The notes under the pieces: generated by a model
Database searches by the model: none
Told to the model about the DNA's origin: nothing
Seen by the model: the letters and a program-made list of their open reading frames with translations, nothing else
Assembly: GCA_007376135.1 (NCBI GenBank)
Contig: VMFR01000004.1
Coordinates: 21,745 to 85,744, forward strand
Length of the DNA: 64,000 nucleotides
Reading direction: 5' to 3'
From: Parcubacteria group bacterium Gr01-1014_31
GTDB lineage: Bacteria > Patescibacteriota > Patescibacteriia > Buchananbacterales > GWA2-38-13
Part shown: in pieces, positions 30,001-38,800 of the stretch
How positions within the stretch are numbered: position 1 is the first letter of the stretch
How the letters are laid out: each line of letters opens with the position of its first letter
Translations under genes and position numbers: made by a program

Positions 30001-31822
30001 CCAGCACGGGGCGCGTGAACCCATAGCCAAACCCGCGCAGAAGCGCGCCCTCTTCCGATTGGTCCTTGAGCAGTACCCCGAGGTCGCCCGCGGACCGCTT
30101 GCCGAATGCCCCGCCGATGCGCTTCATCAAATGTTCACGGAAACTGGTTTGTGAGTGTTCTTTATCTCCGTACTCATCGGGGTACCGCTGCGCCATGTAG
30201 CCCATGTAGTCGTCGGTTTGGTTGGCCTTGTTCAACGCAAGCGCGGCCGCGAACGCGCGTACCTGGTTCTTGTTCTTGATGGCCAGATCGAACTCGCTGG
30301 CCTTTTCCGTTTCCGTCAAGGAATGCAGCTCGGACATTTCCTTATTGACGAGCGAACGGAATGCCTTGTCCCCTTCCTTGGTTTTTTCGCCCTCCAGCCG
30401 AGGAATAGCTCCGACGGTCACCCCCGCGACCTTGAGCCGCTGCCAACGCAAGCGCGGCTTGGTCGTACTGTTGAAAAAGTCGGCCATGTCGCCAACCGAT
30501 TTACCGAACGATTGCTGCTCAGAGAGCTGCCGCGCGCGCGTCCAACCCTGCCGACGAAGGGTGGGGCTCAATATCCCGGCAATCGGCGAATACCACCGTT
30601 TGTCCTGAACGCGCCGACCGAGCCATCGGTCAGTCAGCCGGCCCGCGGCGAAAGTACCCTCGCGCGCCAGCCAGCCGGCGCCGCGCAACGGAGAGGTACC
30701 CGCGCGGATGCCGGCGCGGGCCATGCGCTGGCCGTACGACCGTAGACTTCCCATGACCGAGCCGGCAAACTGCGAACCGGCAACTCCGGCCTTCTGGGCG
30801 GCCACCAGCCCGCCCAGCATCAGGCAGGTCATCACCAAAAACTTCAACACGTTCTCTTTCTCTCCGGCCTTGCCGATGCCCACCCGCAATGACGGTTCCA
30901 GTTGGGCAACACCCCCTTCGCTCAAGGTGGTGGTCGGCGCACGCGTGGTATCCAGCGTTTCCGTGAAGGCCTGTTCCGATGTGGCGATGGCCAACCAGAA
31001 GAAGAACATCAAGATCGGCCCGACGGTTACATATTTGGAGAAAGTCTGCCACCACTCGCGGCTGTAGCGCTCCCCCTGCGGGAACGCCGACAGTACGTAC
31101 GCCAAGGGTGAAAGGATGATGAGGATCCACAACGCGACGATGCGCAGCGCGAACACCACGAGGTACGCCAAGATGACGGAAAACGCGATGATGAGCATGA
31201 TGGTCGCCAGCAGCAGCGACAGGAAGAGATAGAACAGCGCGATATTCTCCTCGCCCGAACCGGGGAGGAACGCATCCTGGCTGATGGCGAACAGCTCTGC
31301 CAGCCCAAACTTGGCGTAGAGGTTGCCGGCCGTCACCTGCACGATGGCGTTGGCGAACGTCAGGGTCACCACCTGGGCGGCATCAATGAGCAGGCCGGAG
31401 ATGACCTTGCTGAAGTTGACGAGGATCGCCATCAACAGCAATTTAGGTAGCAACCGTTTGAGGTTGTACGACTCCAGGCGCAGGATGGTCGCGACCGCAA
31501 TGAGCAGCAGCACGACCACGAAGAACATGTTGCCAATGTCGCGCACCAGCACCCACCCGAGGTTGACCGCTTCAAAATTGATGAAATCGTTGTAGACGAT
31601 GACCGACGTCAGCAGACCCGTGATCATCACGGTCAGCTGCCCGACGAGACCGGCGACCGCCTGCAGCACGTAGCTCAGGATGAGGTAGACGTACCCCGAC
31701 AGGTTGCGGATGAACGTCTGCGCCGACGCGGGCTGCGCGAACAGCAAACCCATGACCAGCAGCGCGGGCCACCAGCGGCGGCTCGTTGCGGTCAGCACTA
31801 TGGTCAATCGGCGTAAGCGCAT
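24077..31822 (-). CDS. Giant (~2,580 aa) protein with an N-terminal VirB6/TrbL-like polytopic membrane domain fused to a long hydrophilic region that includes >1,000 aa of Gln/Ala/Glu/Arg-rich coiled coil
   Basis: Signal-peptide-like N-terminus (MRLRRLTIVL...AQPASAQ), then ~6 TM helices over ~300 aa. Residues ~1,200-2,300 are heptad-like and Q/A/E/R-rich, followed by a Pro/Ala/Ser-rich segment and an acidic C-terminus. Start at the ATG at 31822, with an alternative at 31846. Confidence 0.7.
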   Translation of the reverse strand: MRLRRLTIVLTATSRRWWPALLVMGLLFAQPASAQTFIRNLSGYVYLILSYVLQAVAGLVGQLTVMITGLLTSVIVYNDFINFEAVNLGWVLVRDIGNMFFVVVLLLIAVATILRLESYNLKRLLPKLLLMAILVNFSKVISGLLIDAAQVVTLTFANAIVQVTAGNLYAKFGLAELFAISQDAFLPGSGEENIALFYLFLSLLLATIMLIIAFSVILAYLVVFALRIVALWILIILSPLAYVLSAFPQGERYSREWWQTFSKYVTVGPILMFFFWLAIATSEQAFTETLDTTRAPTTTLSEGGVAQLEPSLRVGIGKAGEKENVLKFLVMTCLMLGGLVAAQKAGVAGSQFAGSVMGSLRSYGQRMARAGIRAGTSPLRGAGWLAREGTFAAGRLTDRWLGRRVQDKRWYSPIAGILSPTLRRQGWTRARQLSEQQSFGKSVGDMADFFNSTTKPRLRWQRLKVAGVTVGAIPRLEGEKTKEGDKAFRSLVNKEMSELHSLTETEKASEFDLAIKNKNQVRAFAAALALNKANQTDDYMGYMAQRYPDEYGDKEHSQTSFREHLMKRIGGAFGKRSAGDLGVLLKDQSEEGALLRGFGYGFTRPVLDSKGRPTGDVENVLVSEDSAREELAAEHKAAPTIHNNPNIRANVLRKLEEKFGEEFGTIIGRGKMENFVAKTEGKAFFKFHPTAQPFEDVLSGGKVVHSRMGRMDRLGKIASAKFDTVFFGRVVAQRGHGLQPRAAEFAGFRFDQKTGSMALDIRSVYDQLKAKGHHGVANLFGQKNISSQQAVAVERIMNLAGVKNYDGTPGIELDKYTEEQFTKSGKTYEPTSYAAARTGPLSPELETYVKSRTAAKWLEYLQHGIPGATDINGKPAALQDEEVPEEWRLHDGYAPKGGRPLMETYSPEVQAASQEAYQRLIAAGMSEPEANEAYGRLHQEEIRAGTLYAASAIVRHEQVEEKRSESLDAMRGVASIERRPAEGYAEGPLAEYGRRAVAGIGVNFESAEAGQRYGVVPGMTAVNYDESTAERKLNKDIVAKNLAEDYRKELVGRGVAFRQETAQRLGKQPHAVTNEELHDAYAAKYQTLKPADADKQYADRVVGQWAAAEFKEGNAAGRVEELRDASGAVSGYRYKDAAIAENQQGEALRQMSQDKDVSSLAAGEVSAQQREAEFKKRLDTASTLSLHNNAAFGSRFTARRHEYGHTLANQLNDEQRQAFRGTLSEEQQQLFDQETPEEYLAHSLGVNDNAHTLSEQTRKFLDELEVTDKAGNKAKGARYRGRTLKPDETLPPQEKSERAITDEEIVEIHRRRQQKPDVQIGKLLTGAAGQQGSRAQESTRAEAQVRQANTALTAEQQKLDQLEGQRGELLGETDAHIAKGQAARQRAEQAKARGDQLGFTVNDREAIKERDLARDSQAKVQPQLDALNKQVADQRGVVDQRQEALRQAEALRQRAAASAGPNSQAFIAALQKSLDQLPDAELDDIAEKVLAEVSPQWGSATEGAQAALEGERGELAALEADRSKLKSSTLVRQQAARYAEARDVNAAQEAYDRSAGQLGAANQRVNEQEQVVQTQEENVEHARIELQNAKVELPAAAAAVGQEGSALQAIQTQLTTLMGNRDVLTRERDQHLTNQNAASQRLNAARASGNALAEQQALEEATREQALAATAEEKIAAPLAQLNEQIDAQNAAKAAQETRVAAAVEHHGRARQDVGVKRQAYDAEYLRLQESRRTLVQHRADQQALGEAVQINQAAVQQAGIGLTPQEIAAARQQADQSAQQLAQLDQQISTKRRDVAGKEEALDNARQADQAFPELLTTLQERVRYTQERREAAKPENVAARAQQELSGSRGKLAELEQNHDELARRAQVHHRLRKRAADQGNQEEAGRQERLAQAAERDLRAAQQRIAKQQQEVQAKERAVQAQQPKPVPVSKGQQALTAVEEKFLAARQGNREEVVGAKQEIGAKEQALQASQLELGNRVKVRDQRQVELAELNAQARKAAEEGNYQAQEEAQTLARVKQQEVVAAADAVTEQQGVVAKDSQAFDGVQADYRRRVEESVQSLETFAAAVRDAAGTLSKDELAQQLSNAQSELEANNKEAEEKATQGDDAGARAAHDRAQRAQIIRDQLDYTVKRRRLGLAPKARGSGLKEAGQELSTAKTKRDFNYRELTEKRSGLVQQHQAAEKDLQKQQARQAKAAPGAERKRANDAVKTAQDRFNAVGSQIKGVDKEIGEWDDLVLKNAADVSDLVLAQEELAIARRRLGEAKTMGEQELPAMSKEYEHLDKRRLAVGAALQQQSAAAQRAQSTGNVAALRKAQQAIAEQSGEMEQIEQRMGEIQGFSAGLMDLVEQAENIATAAEENVGRAAEAAAEGIAPPSVRAVPPPKAKPAPSAAAAPSPTSRESSAGFAAAGETRSAAPAGSPTGQRTAAVQAVVEEVDTQTRAAKQLPSVDVKSLETTLKSMATGLQEVANGIQSLQAVQEGASESAGKDEKDAAKKFDTLSKNLREGMGRVQDFESAAAMGTGVTQEQADELADILFQINRSLQEMAQRNEGSAGASEIPSIPPESLPGEPPKSRPTI

Positions 31823-31835
31823 GGTTGACAGTTCA

Positions 31836-32837
31836 TTATGCGGCAACGCGATACTCCTCCTCCGCTTCTTCCGAGGCCAACTGCTCGTCTTCCATCACCG
31901 TAGTGGCGTATTCGGATTCCAGCATGGCTCCCTGGGATGCGCGTTTTTTTCGCTGGTGCCGGGCATACGACCACACGTACAGGGCCGAAATCGTCCAGGT
32001 CGGGATAATGCCAACGATCGGTATCCACTCCACCAGCATCGTAAAAAGCTTGCTCGCCACCCACGCCATCCAGCCGATCTCATGCTGTTTAATGAAGAGC
32101 CTCGCCCCCAGCATCAGCGCAAGACACGCGAAATCGAACAGCTGGTCAATGCCCAGCCCGATACTGACGTCAAAGATATCCACCAGATCGTTGATGATGG
32201 AAACTGCCAGCACCAGCAGATACGGCCAATCGGAGTTCTGCGCCGCGCCGCTGATGAACCCGGCGACCGAGCGTCCTTGGGCCGCCACTTTTTGCTTATT
32301 ATCTTTCGATAAACGCCCGCCCATACCTCCCATGCGGCGCAACTCCCGCAGGCTCGCAGCTTGCTCACGGCGCAAGGCCACTTCCCGTTCCAGCGCTTGC
32401 TGGAGAGCGTCGCTCTCTTCTGTTGCCTGCGCCTGCTGCTGAGTCTCCACGCCTGCCTCCTTGTTCCCCCGCCGCTGCGCCATCGTGTCGGTGAACTGTT
32501 CCAGCTTCGGCGCCAGGGTCATCTCCCCGGGACGCGACGGCCGTTGGCCTGCATTCCTGAATGTTTCCGCTTCATGTTGCTGCCGGACCGCCACGAATGC
32601 ATCCCGCGCGCTGGCAAACCCATCCGGACCGCCCCGGGACGCCTTTCCGCGGTTTGCCCGCTGCCGGTCGCGCTGGCGCATCGCGGCAAGCTCTTGCGCA
32701 TATCGCTGCTCGGGTACCGCCGTTTCCATCTCCATCACCGGAACGTCCAGCTCCCCTTCGGCCTGGGCGGACGCGCCTTTCCCCGGCCGCGGTGGCGGCG
32801 GTGGTGCTGCGGGTCGGCGTGTCGTAAGGTCTGCCAT
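31836..32837 (-). CDS. Hypothetical membrane protein (C-terminal four-TM bundle, Pro/Ala/Gln-rich N-region)
   Basis: Start chosen at the ATG at 32837 (MADLTTRR), 5 nt after the giant gene's stop. The C-terminal hydrophobic segments begin WPYLLVLAVSIINDLV... Confidence 0.5.
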   Translation of the reverse strand: MADLTTRRPAAPPPPPRPGKGASAQAEGELDVPVMEMETAVPEQRYAQELAAMRQRDRQRANRGKASRGGPDGFASARDAFVAVRQQHEAETFRNAGQRPSRPGEMTLAPKLEQFTDTMAQRRGNKEAGVETQQQAQATEESDALQQALEREVALRREQAASLRELRRMGGMGGRLSKDNKQKVAAQGRSVAGFISGAAQNSDWPYLLVLAVSIINDLVDIFDVSIGLGIDQLFDFACLALMLGARLFIKQHEIGWMAWVASKLFTMLVEWIPIVGIIPTWTISALYVWSYARHQRKKRASQGAMLESEYATTVMEDEQLASEEAEEEYRVAA

Positions 32838-32842
32838 ATGCT

Positions 32843-35800
32843 CTACCGTCCGCACAATTCCGGCCGAGCCGAGTCGCAGACACGCACCAGAGCCGACCGG
32901 GCCTCCACCCACGCGCCGTTATTATCATCGGCGATCGCCGGTGTCCCATCATCGGGGCAAGTATTACAGGCGAGGTTGGTCGTATTCACGTCCGCAAAAA
33001 TGGCGTTGGAACACCAGCACCAGTTGTCGCGCACCAACACGCCGACCTGGAAATCGCAGTAGCCGTCCGGAGTACCACTCCCGCCAGGAAGCACCCCCTT
33101 GTCACAGGTGGTCTGCACGTACTTATAGGTATGGGTGAACTGGAACGGGTCGGCCGGGTCGGACTTATCGCGCAACCCCGAACGCCAGTCGTTGTCGGTT
33201 ACCATCGTATCGCGGTTCTCCATATCCCAGCGCACGCGCAGCAACCGCAGCGGAAGCTGGTCGTTGTCCACCTTGACGTTGAAACTCAAGGTCACGTTCC
33301 CTTGGCCGACGATGTAGAAGATCGGGGCTTCGGCGTTCTCGATCTTGACGTTGAATACTTCGGGCGACACGCCGCACCAGTCCCCGCTGCCGTCCGGGTC
33401 GGTGAGCGGCGTTTCCGTGAACCGCGAGGGGCGGATATTGTCACGGCAACGGTCAGCCGGCGGCCGCCAGGCGGTCGTTTCCTGGCAGCTGCCCGATACC
33501 TGGCATTCGACGTCGGTGATGCAGGTGCCCGGGTTTTTAGCCGACCCCGCGGAACACTGCCCGACGCAGCTGGCCTGGTGGGCGGCCGGGTTCCAACAGT
33601 CACCAATATTCTGGCAGGCTCCCAGCACATTCACGCCGGCTGAACAGTAGCCATAGGTGCCATTGGCCGGTGCCTGGCCATCCGGGTCCTCGCCGACGCA
33701 GGTGCCAACGCCGCTGCCGTCGGACTTGGTATTGCACATTTCATCATTGAAGCAAGCCACGCCGCGCAAGGGGTAGGTGGGGCTGGCGTCATCGCACCGT
33801 CCGTAGATGAAGCCGGTGATATCGCACGTTTCGCTTCCGCCACCCGGGCAGTCGGCGGTGGTGCGGCACGGCACTTCCGAATCGTTCAGGTCATTGCCGT
33901 CGCCAAATGACCCGCAGCGGCCGGTCGCACAGAAGATCTTGGGATTCCCGGCGCACGCGGTATCCGAGGTGCAGGTGATGTTGAGCGCCGTTTCCGCGTT
34001 CTCGGGCTCGCCGGTCGGGTAGTAGGCGCAGTACCCGCCGCTCTTCACGCACACCGACGTAGAATCCACACAATCGTTGGACCCCGGGGCGCAACTGTCG
34101 CCCGACCTCGGGCCGCCCGCGCAGTAGTTGGTCGGCACGGTGTAGGTCTCATAGGCACTGCCGTTCCAGCGCCAGTCGCCGTAGCTGGTCGCAAACAGGC
34201 GCTTGAGGCGTTCGCGCGCGGTATGGAACGACGCCACCTCCACCGAGTCGTTCGGCAAACGGCCCGCCGCGGCCGACCACCGATCGTAGAAATGATCAAA
34301 GTAGACTTGCCCCGCCTGGTCGCCCGGGTATTCGTACGGATGGCCGAAATCCGCGGCCTGCACGCGGTCGGAAACCAGCGGCCACTTGGTCGGGTCGCCG
34401 ACGAAATTGCGTCCGATGACGCCGAACGGCGCAGCCAGGTCGGAAACCTTGTAGTTGAGGGTAGGCACCTGGTAATCGGCGGACAAAAAGTCCTGCACGG
34501 TTTCCAGGCGCTCCTGCCAGCCGCGCTGCGCGCCGTCTTCATCCACCACCTGCACCACCTCGTGGCAGGCACGCTGCCAGTAGGTGGGCACCCGCCGCTG
34601 TTCTTCACTGTTGAAGCCGAAAATGGTCGTCGGGTCTTCGGGGTCCCACAACACCAGCCCGGTGGCGCCGCATTTCGGGCAGAACATCAGGTGTTTCTTG
34701 GTCGGCCGATCGCTGGCATCCTCGCGCGCCTTGTAGTCGTACCATTGGTTACTCTCGGTATCCGTCAGGTAAAGGTCGGATTGGTCGGGCGTGCAGTACC
34801 AGCGGCAGCGAATACCGGGCTCGAAGAAATTCCCGCATTTTGAACGCCGCTGTTCCGGGAGGTAGCCGGGCGGGCAGGAAACCGTACCGCAGGTCATGGA
34901 ATTACGTTCGGCGTGGTTGGCCGCGGTCTCGGCGATCGCGCCGATCGGATTGAACATCCCCCACCAGCCGAAGTCCGTCTGGTAGCAATGATTTAATTCG
35001 AACCGCCCCGGCCGCCGGGTTTCCAAAATGACCGACTCATTGCACATGAAGGTCGACGCCCGCAAGTTGCCGCGCCAGCCGGTGATGCCGACCCAGCCGC
35101 CGGTCAATTCGTCCACGGGCAGCCAGTTGAGGCACAGGTACGGGCTGCGCGGGTCTTTCTCCACGCAGAACCCGTAGAGGCCGAGGAATTCGCTCCGGCC
35201 CTGCACGTAGTGGCATTCGCTCGCCTCCGCCAGCGACGTTTGCGACAGCAAACTGCCCGTCAACGGGTCGGTCAGCGGGTCATTGATATCGACGATCTGG
35301 GATTTGGCGGGCTCGTCGCCGGTATCCACCGGAGCCTGCGCGGTCCAGCGCGGAGCGCTGCCCGACGGATAGACGCGGCAGGATTCAAAGATAAGGTCCT
35401 CGGTAGGGTTGGTGCCGACCTGCAGCACCGGCTGGCAGACGCCGTCACGCTCGTCGCCGGTATGGCAATCCGCGTCCTCCAGGCATGCCGCGCCGCGGTT
35501 GCCGGCCACGCAGACCTTGCGCTGGGTCATCACGCCGTAGGGGAAATACCCGTCCACCTTGGTATCCGCGTCCCACTGGAAACCGACCTTGGCGTAACCG
35601 CTGAAGAATTGGCTCAGTTGCACGCTGCCGGCATCAAAGGTGAGCGCCTGCAATTCCTCGGTCGGGTAGCTGGAACAGCGGCCCGAGATCGAGTCCAAAC
35701 GGTCGCAGGTGGCGATCTGCTGGCAGAACTCCTGGACCTGGCCGGTGCGGAAGCTAACCTGCTTGCGGCTGGAGATACAGTCGAGCCAGCGCGCGCAGGT

Positions 35801-38800
35801 CCGGTCCGGCGCGACTTTCACCAGCAGATTGCTATCGCAGGTACCGGGCCGGCAGATGCCGCCCGCACCGCAGTCGCCGTCCGAGGTGCAGCCCGCCCCC
35901 GGACGCGTCCCGCCGACGCACTGCTGGGGCTGGCAGACCGATGGCGGCTGGCCGGCAACGGTCGCCGTAGTGCTGTATTTGAGTGTCGGGTCGCTGGTGT
36001 CATTCACCAGAACGCATCCCTGCGCCGGGTCATACACCCCGTTGCAGGAACTGCGCTCGATGCTGTCAGCCAGGTAATGGTAGACTCCCGTCGGCTTGAG
36101 GTCGACGTCATCGTAGGTGCCGGCGTTCACGATCTTCACGGTCACTGCCCGATCGCTTTCCAGGACGAAGAATCGGCCGGTGAAGCGCCGGAATGTTGAT
36201 TCCGTTACGCCACCGACCGGCAGCACGACCGTGTCGCCGCGGGTCGCCAGCACCCCGTTCGAGAAGATCGCCACCGAATGGTCGAATTGGGTGAAGATCG
36301 GACGTTTGCTGCCATCGACGGTGGTCACGACGATGGACGCATCGCGCGCCGAATTCTTCACGGACGCGGTGACCGTATAGAGCGTGCCGCCGTTCAACCC
36401 GAGACTCTGCCGGACCTCGGTACCCGCCGGGGTCGGGGCCGTCACCCGCACGGCGGAACTGCGGTTGACTCCCTCGCCGCGCTGGTGGTCGGCCGGAGAC
36501 CCCGCCAAATTCCACGAATTCAGTTTACTCGCGCTGCAGACGGAAAGTTCGCACGCCTCGCCGCCGCAATCGACAGGCCCGCTGCAAAGTGTGCCGTCGG
36601 CACAGAACCGCAACCCGCCGCTGGCCGCCGAGCAATCAGTGTCCAGACGGCAGACCGTTTGCGCGTCATGACTGCAAACCCGGAAGAACCCCTCAAAATT
36701 ACTGTTGGGGAGCATCCCGGCCTGCGGGTCAGACATCGGATCGACGTAGGCGGTGCAACTGGCGTACTCGGCTGGACACTGGCCCACCCACGTGCGGCAG
36801 TCGCCGCCCGATGTTTCGCAGACCCCCGTGCCACAATCGATATTGCTGTCGCACCGCGCACCCTCGAAGGTTCCGCCGCCGCGGCACACTTTAAAACTGC
36901 AATCCGCATCGCTGGTACACACCTGGCCCTCGAGGTCGCCGCCCTGGCAGGTTTTCCCCGGCTGTGTTTGGCCGAATCGCGTGGTAATGGCCGGACAGTC
37001 GGGCACCGACGAGGTGCTGCCGGTGATGAACCAACCGAAATCCTGACGATGCGGGATCTGCTTGTACTCGCAAGTGCGCGCACCCGGATCGCGGAAATAG
37101 ACCGTGCCGACCTGCGGCGAGACATACTCACGGCAACCGACCTGGTCTTCGGTGCACAAGCTGACCCCGTACCGTTCCGGATCGTTGACGAGGTAGCGCG
37201 TTTGGTACCCGCTGATTTGGCCACGCGCGTCCTGGACGGGCAGCCCGAACGCCTGGCAGCCCTCCGCCGCGGCGGCACACTCCTTGCTCAGGTCGCGCAC
37301 ATAGTACGCCAGGGTGTCGGCCGGCACCGTCACTTCTGCCTGCGCATGGCCGACATTGAACGGTTCGGCGAGCGCGCTGGTCGAATTCTTCGTGTCCACA
37401 AATTCCTCGCAGCCCACGGAGCTGTCGCGGCACAGCCGTTCGAACGACTTCAGGTAGGTTACCTGCCCTTTGCTGGTCGTGTATTCCTGGCAGCCGAGCG
37501 CGAACTGCGGAGAATTCGGCGCCGGGAAGCGAACCGGGTCCAGCGTCGGATCGGTGTCGCAGATGAGCGGCGTGCGCCAGGAATTCTTGACGAGGTAGCT
37601 GTACTCCTGCACTTCCGTCAGGGATACGAAGTCCACGGCCACCGGCGTCCCGCCAGCGGTCGTGAGCCGTAGGGTGGCGACCGGGTTGACGCTGGTCACC
37701 AAAATCGGCTCGGTAGTATACTCCTCCCAGTCCGTCAGTACCCGCAGGTTGTTCTTCAGTTCGCAGGAAGTGCCGTCCTGGCCGCAGTCCACCCCCAACA
37801 TGTTCACATTCACCGTGACAATACCGGTCTGCGCCTTGGCCCAGAACGTCAATTGGTAATTCCGTCCGGGAACTAAACGCTCCCGCAGGAACCCGCACCC
37901 GAGCTCCAAATTTTTCGCCCGGCATTCCTGGCCGGTGTTGAAAAGCCGACAGGTATCGGGCTCGGTGGAGGCATCAAAACAGTCAGCGGTCGATCCTGCG
38001 ACACAAGCAGGCAAAGCATTGCTGCAGACAGTGGCCTGCCGCATGGTCTCCATGGTTGTACCGGCGATCGAATGGCCGCCGATGGTCACCGCATCGCTAG
38101 AAATGGAGCCGACCATCCATCCCAACGTGTCGCCATCCTCAAAATCGTCATACCACACCGTGCGCAAATTACCGCCGGCATTGCCGCGGTACTCGCGGCA
38201 GCCGCTCTGTGCGGCCGGGCAGGCGATACTTTCATTGGGTACTGCCTGATAGATACACTCATTGCGCGGCTCGAACTCCTGGCCCCCAATGCCGACGCAG
38301 TCGTCCTGGTGCATGAAGCAGTCACTGCCGCCTACCAGCTGCATGCCGCCCTGTGCCAGGCAGTTGGCAAGCGGCGCATCGATGTCGCCGTCGGTGTCGG
38401 TGTCATCGCCGCACACGCCCCAGTACCCGCCACTGCCTTCGCAGGCCCCTTGCGACGAATCGATGAGGCGGAACGGATGGCATTCGTCTGAGCAGCTCAC
38501 CGTCTCGCGCAGTAACCGATAGTACACATTGCCATTCGTTGCATGGAATTCACGGCAGTTGGGGTTGATGACAGCGTCAAGAGCCGTCGCACACTGCCCC
38601 AGGTCAAGGAACGCATCTACCCAGTCCGGCTCGTCCGTATCGCCAACCGTCCCGCCGCTGACCGCCGGAACGCGGTCGGCAACGTCCCGCCGCAGTGTGT
38701 AGCTCTTCAGCTGATAGCCGTTCACTTCCGAGCCGACCCACGTGTAGTAGGTGCGGCAGACATTGGCGTCGGGCTTGGTGCACTGGCGCAGATACGTATA

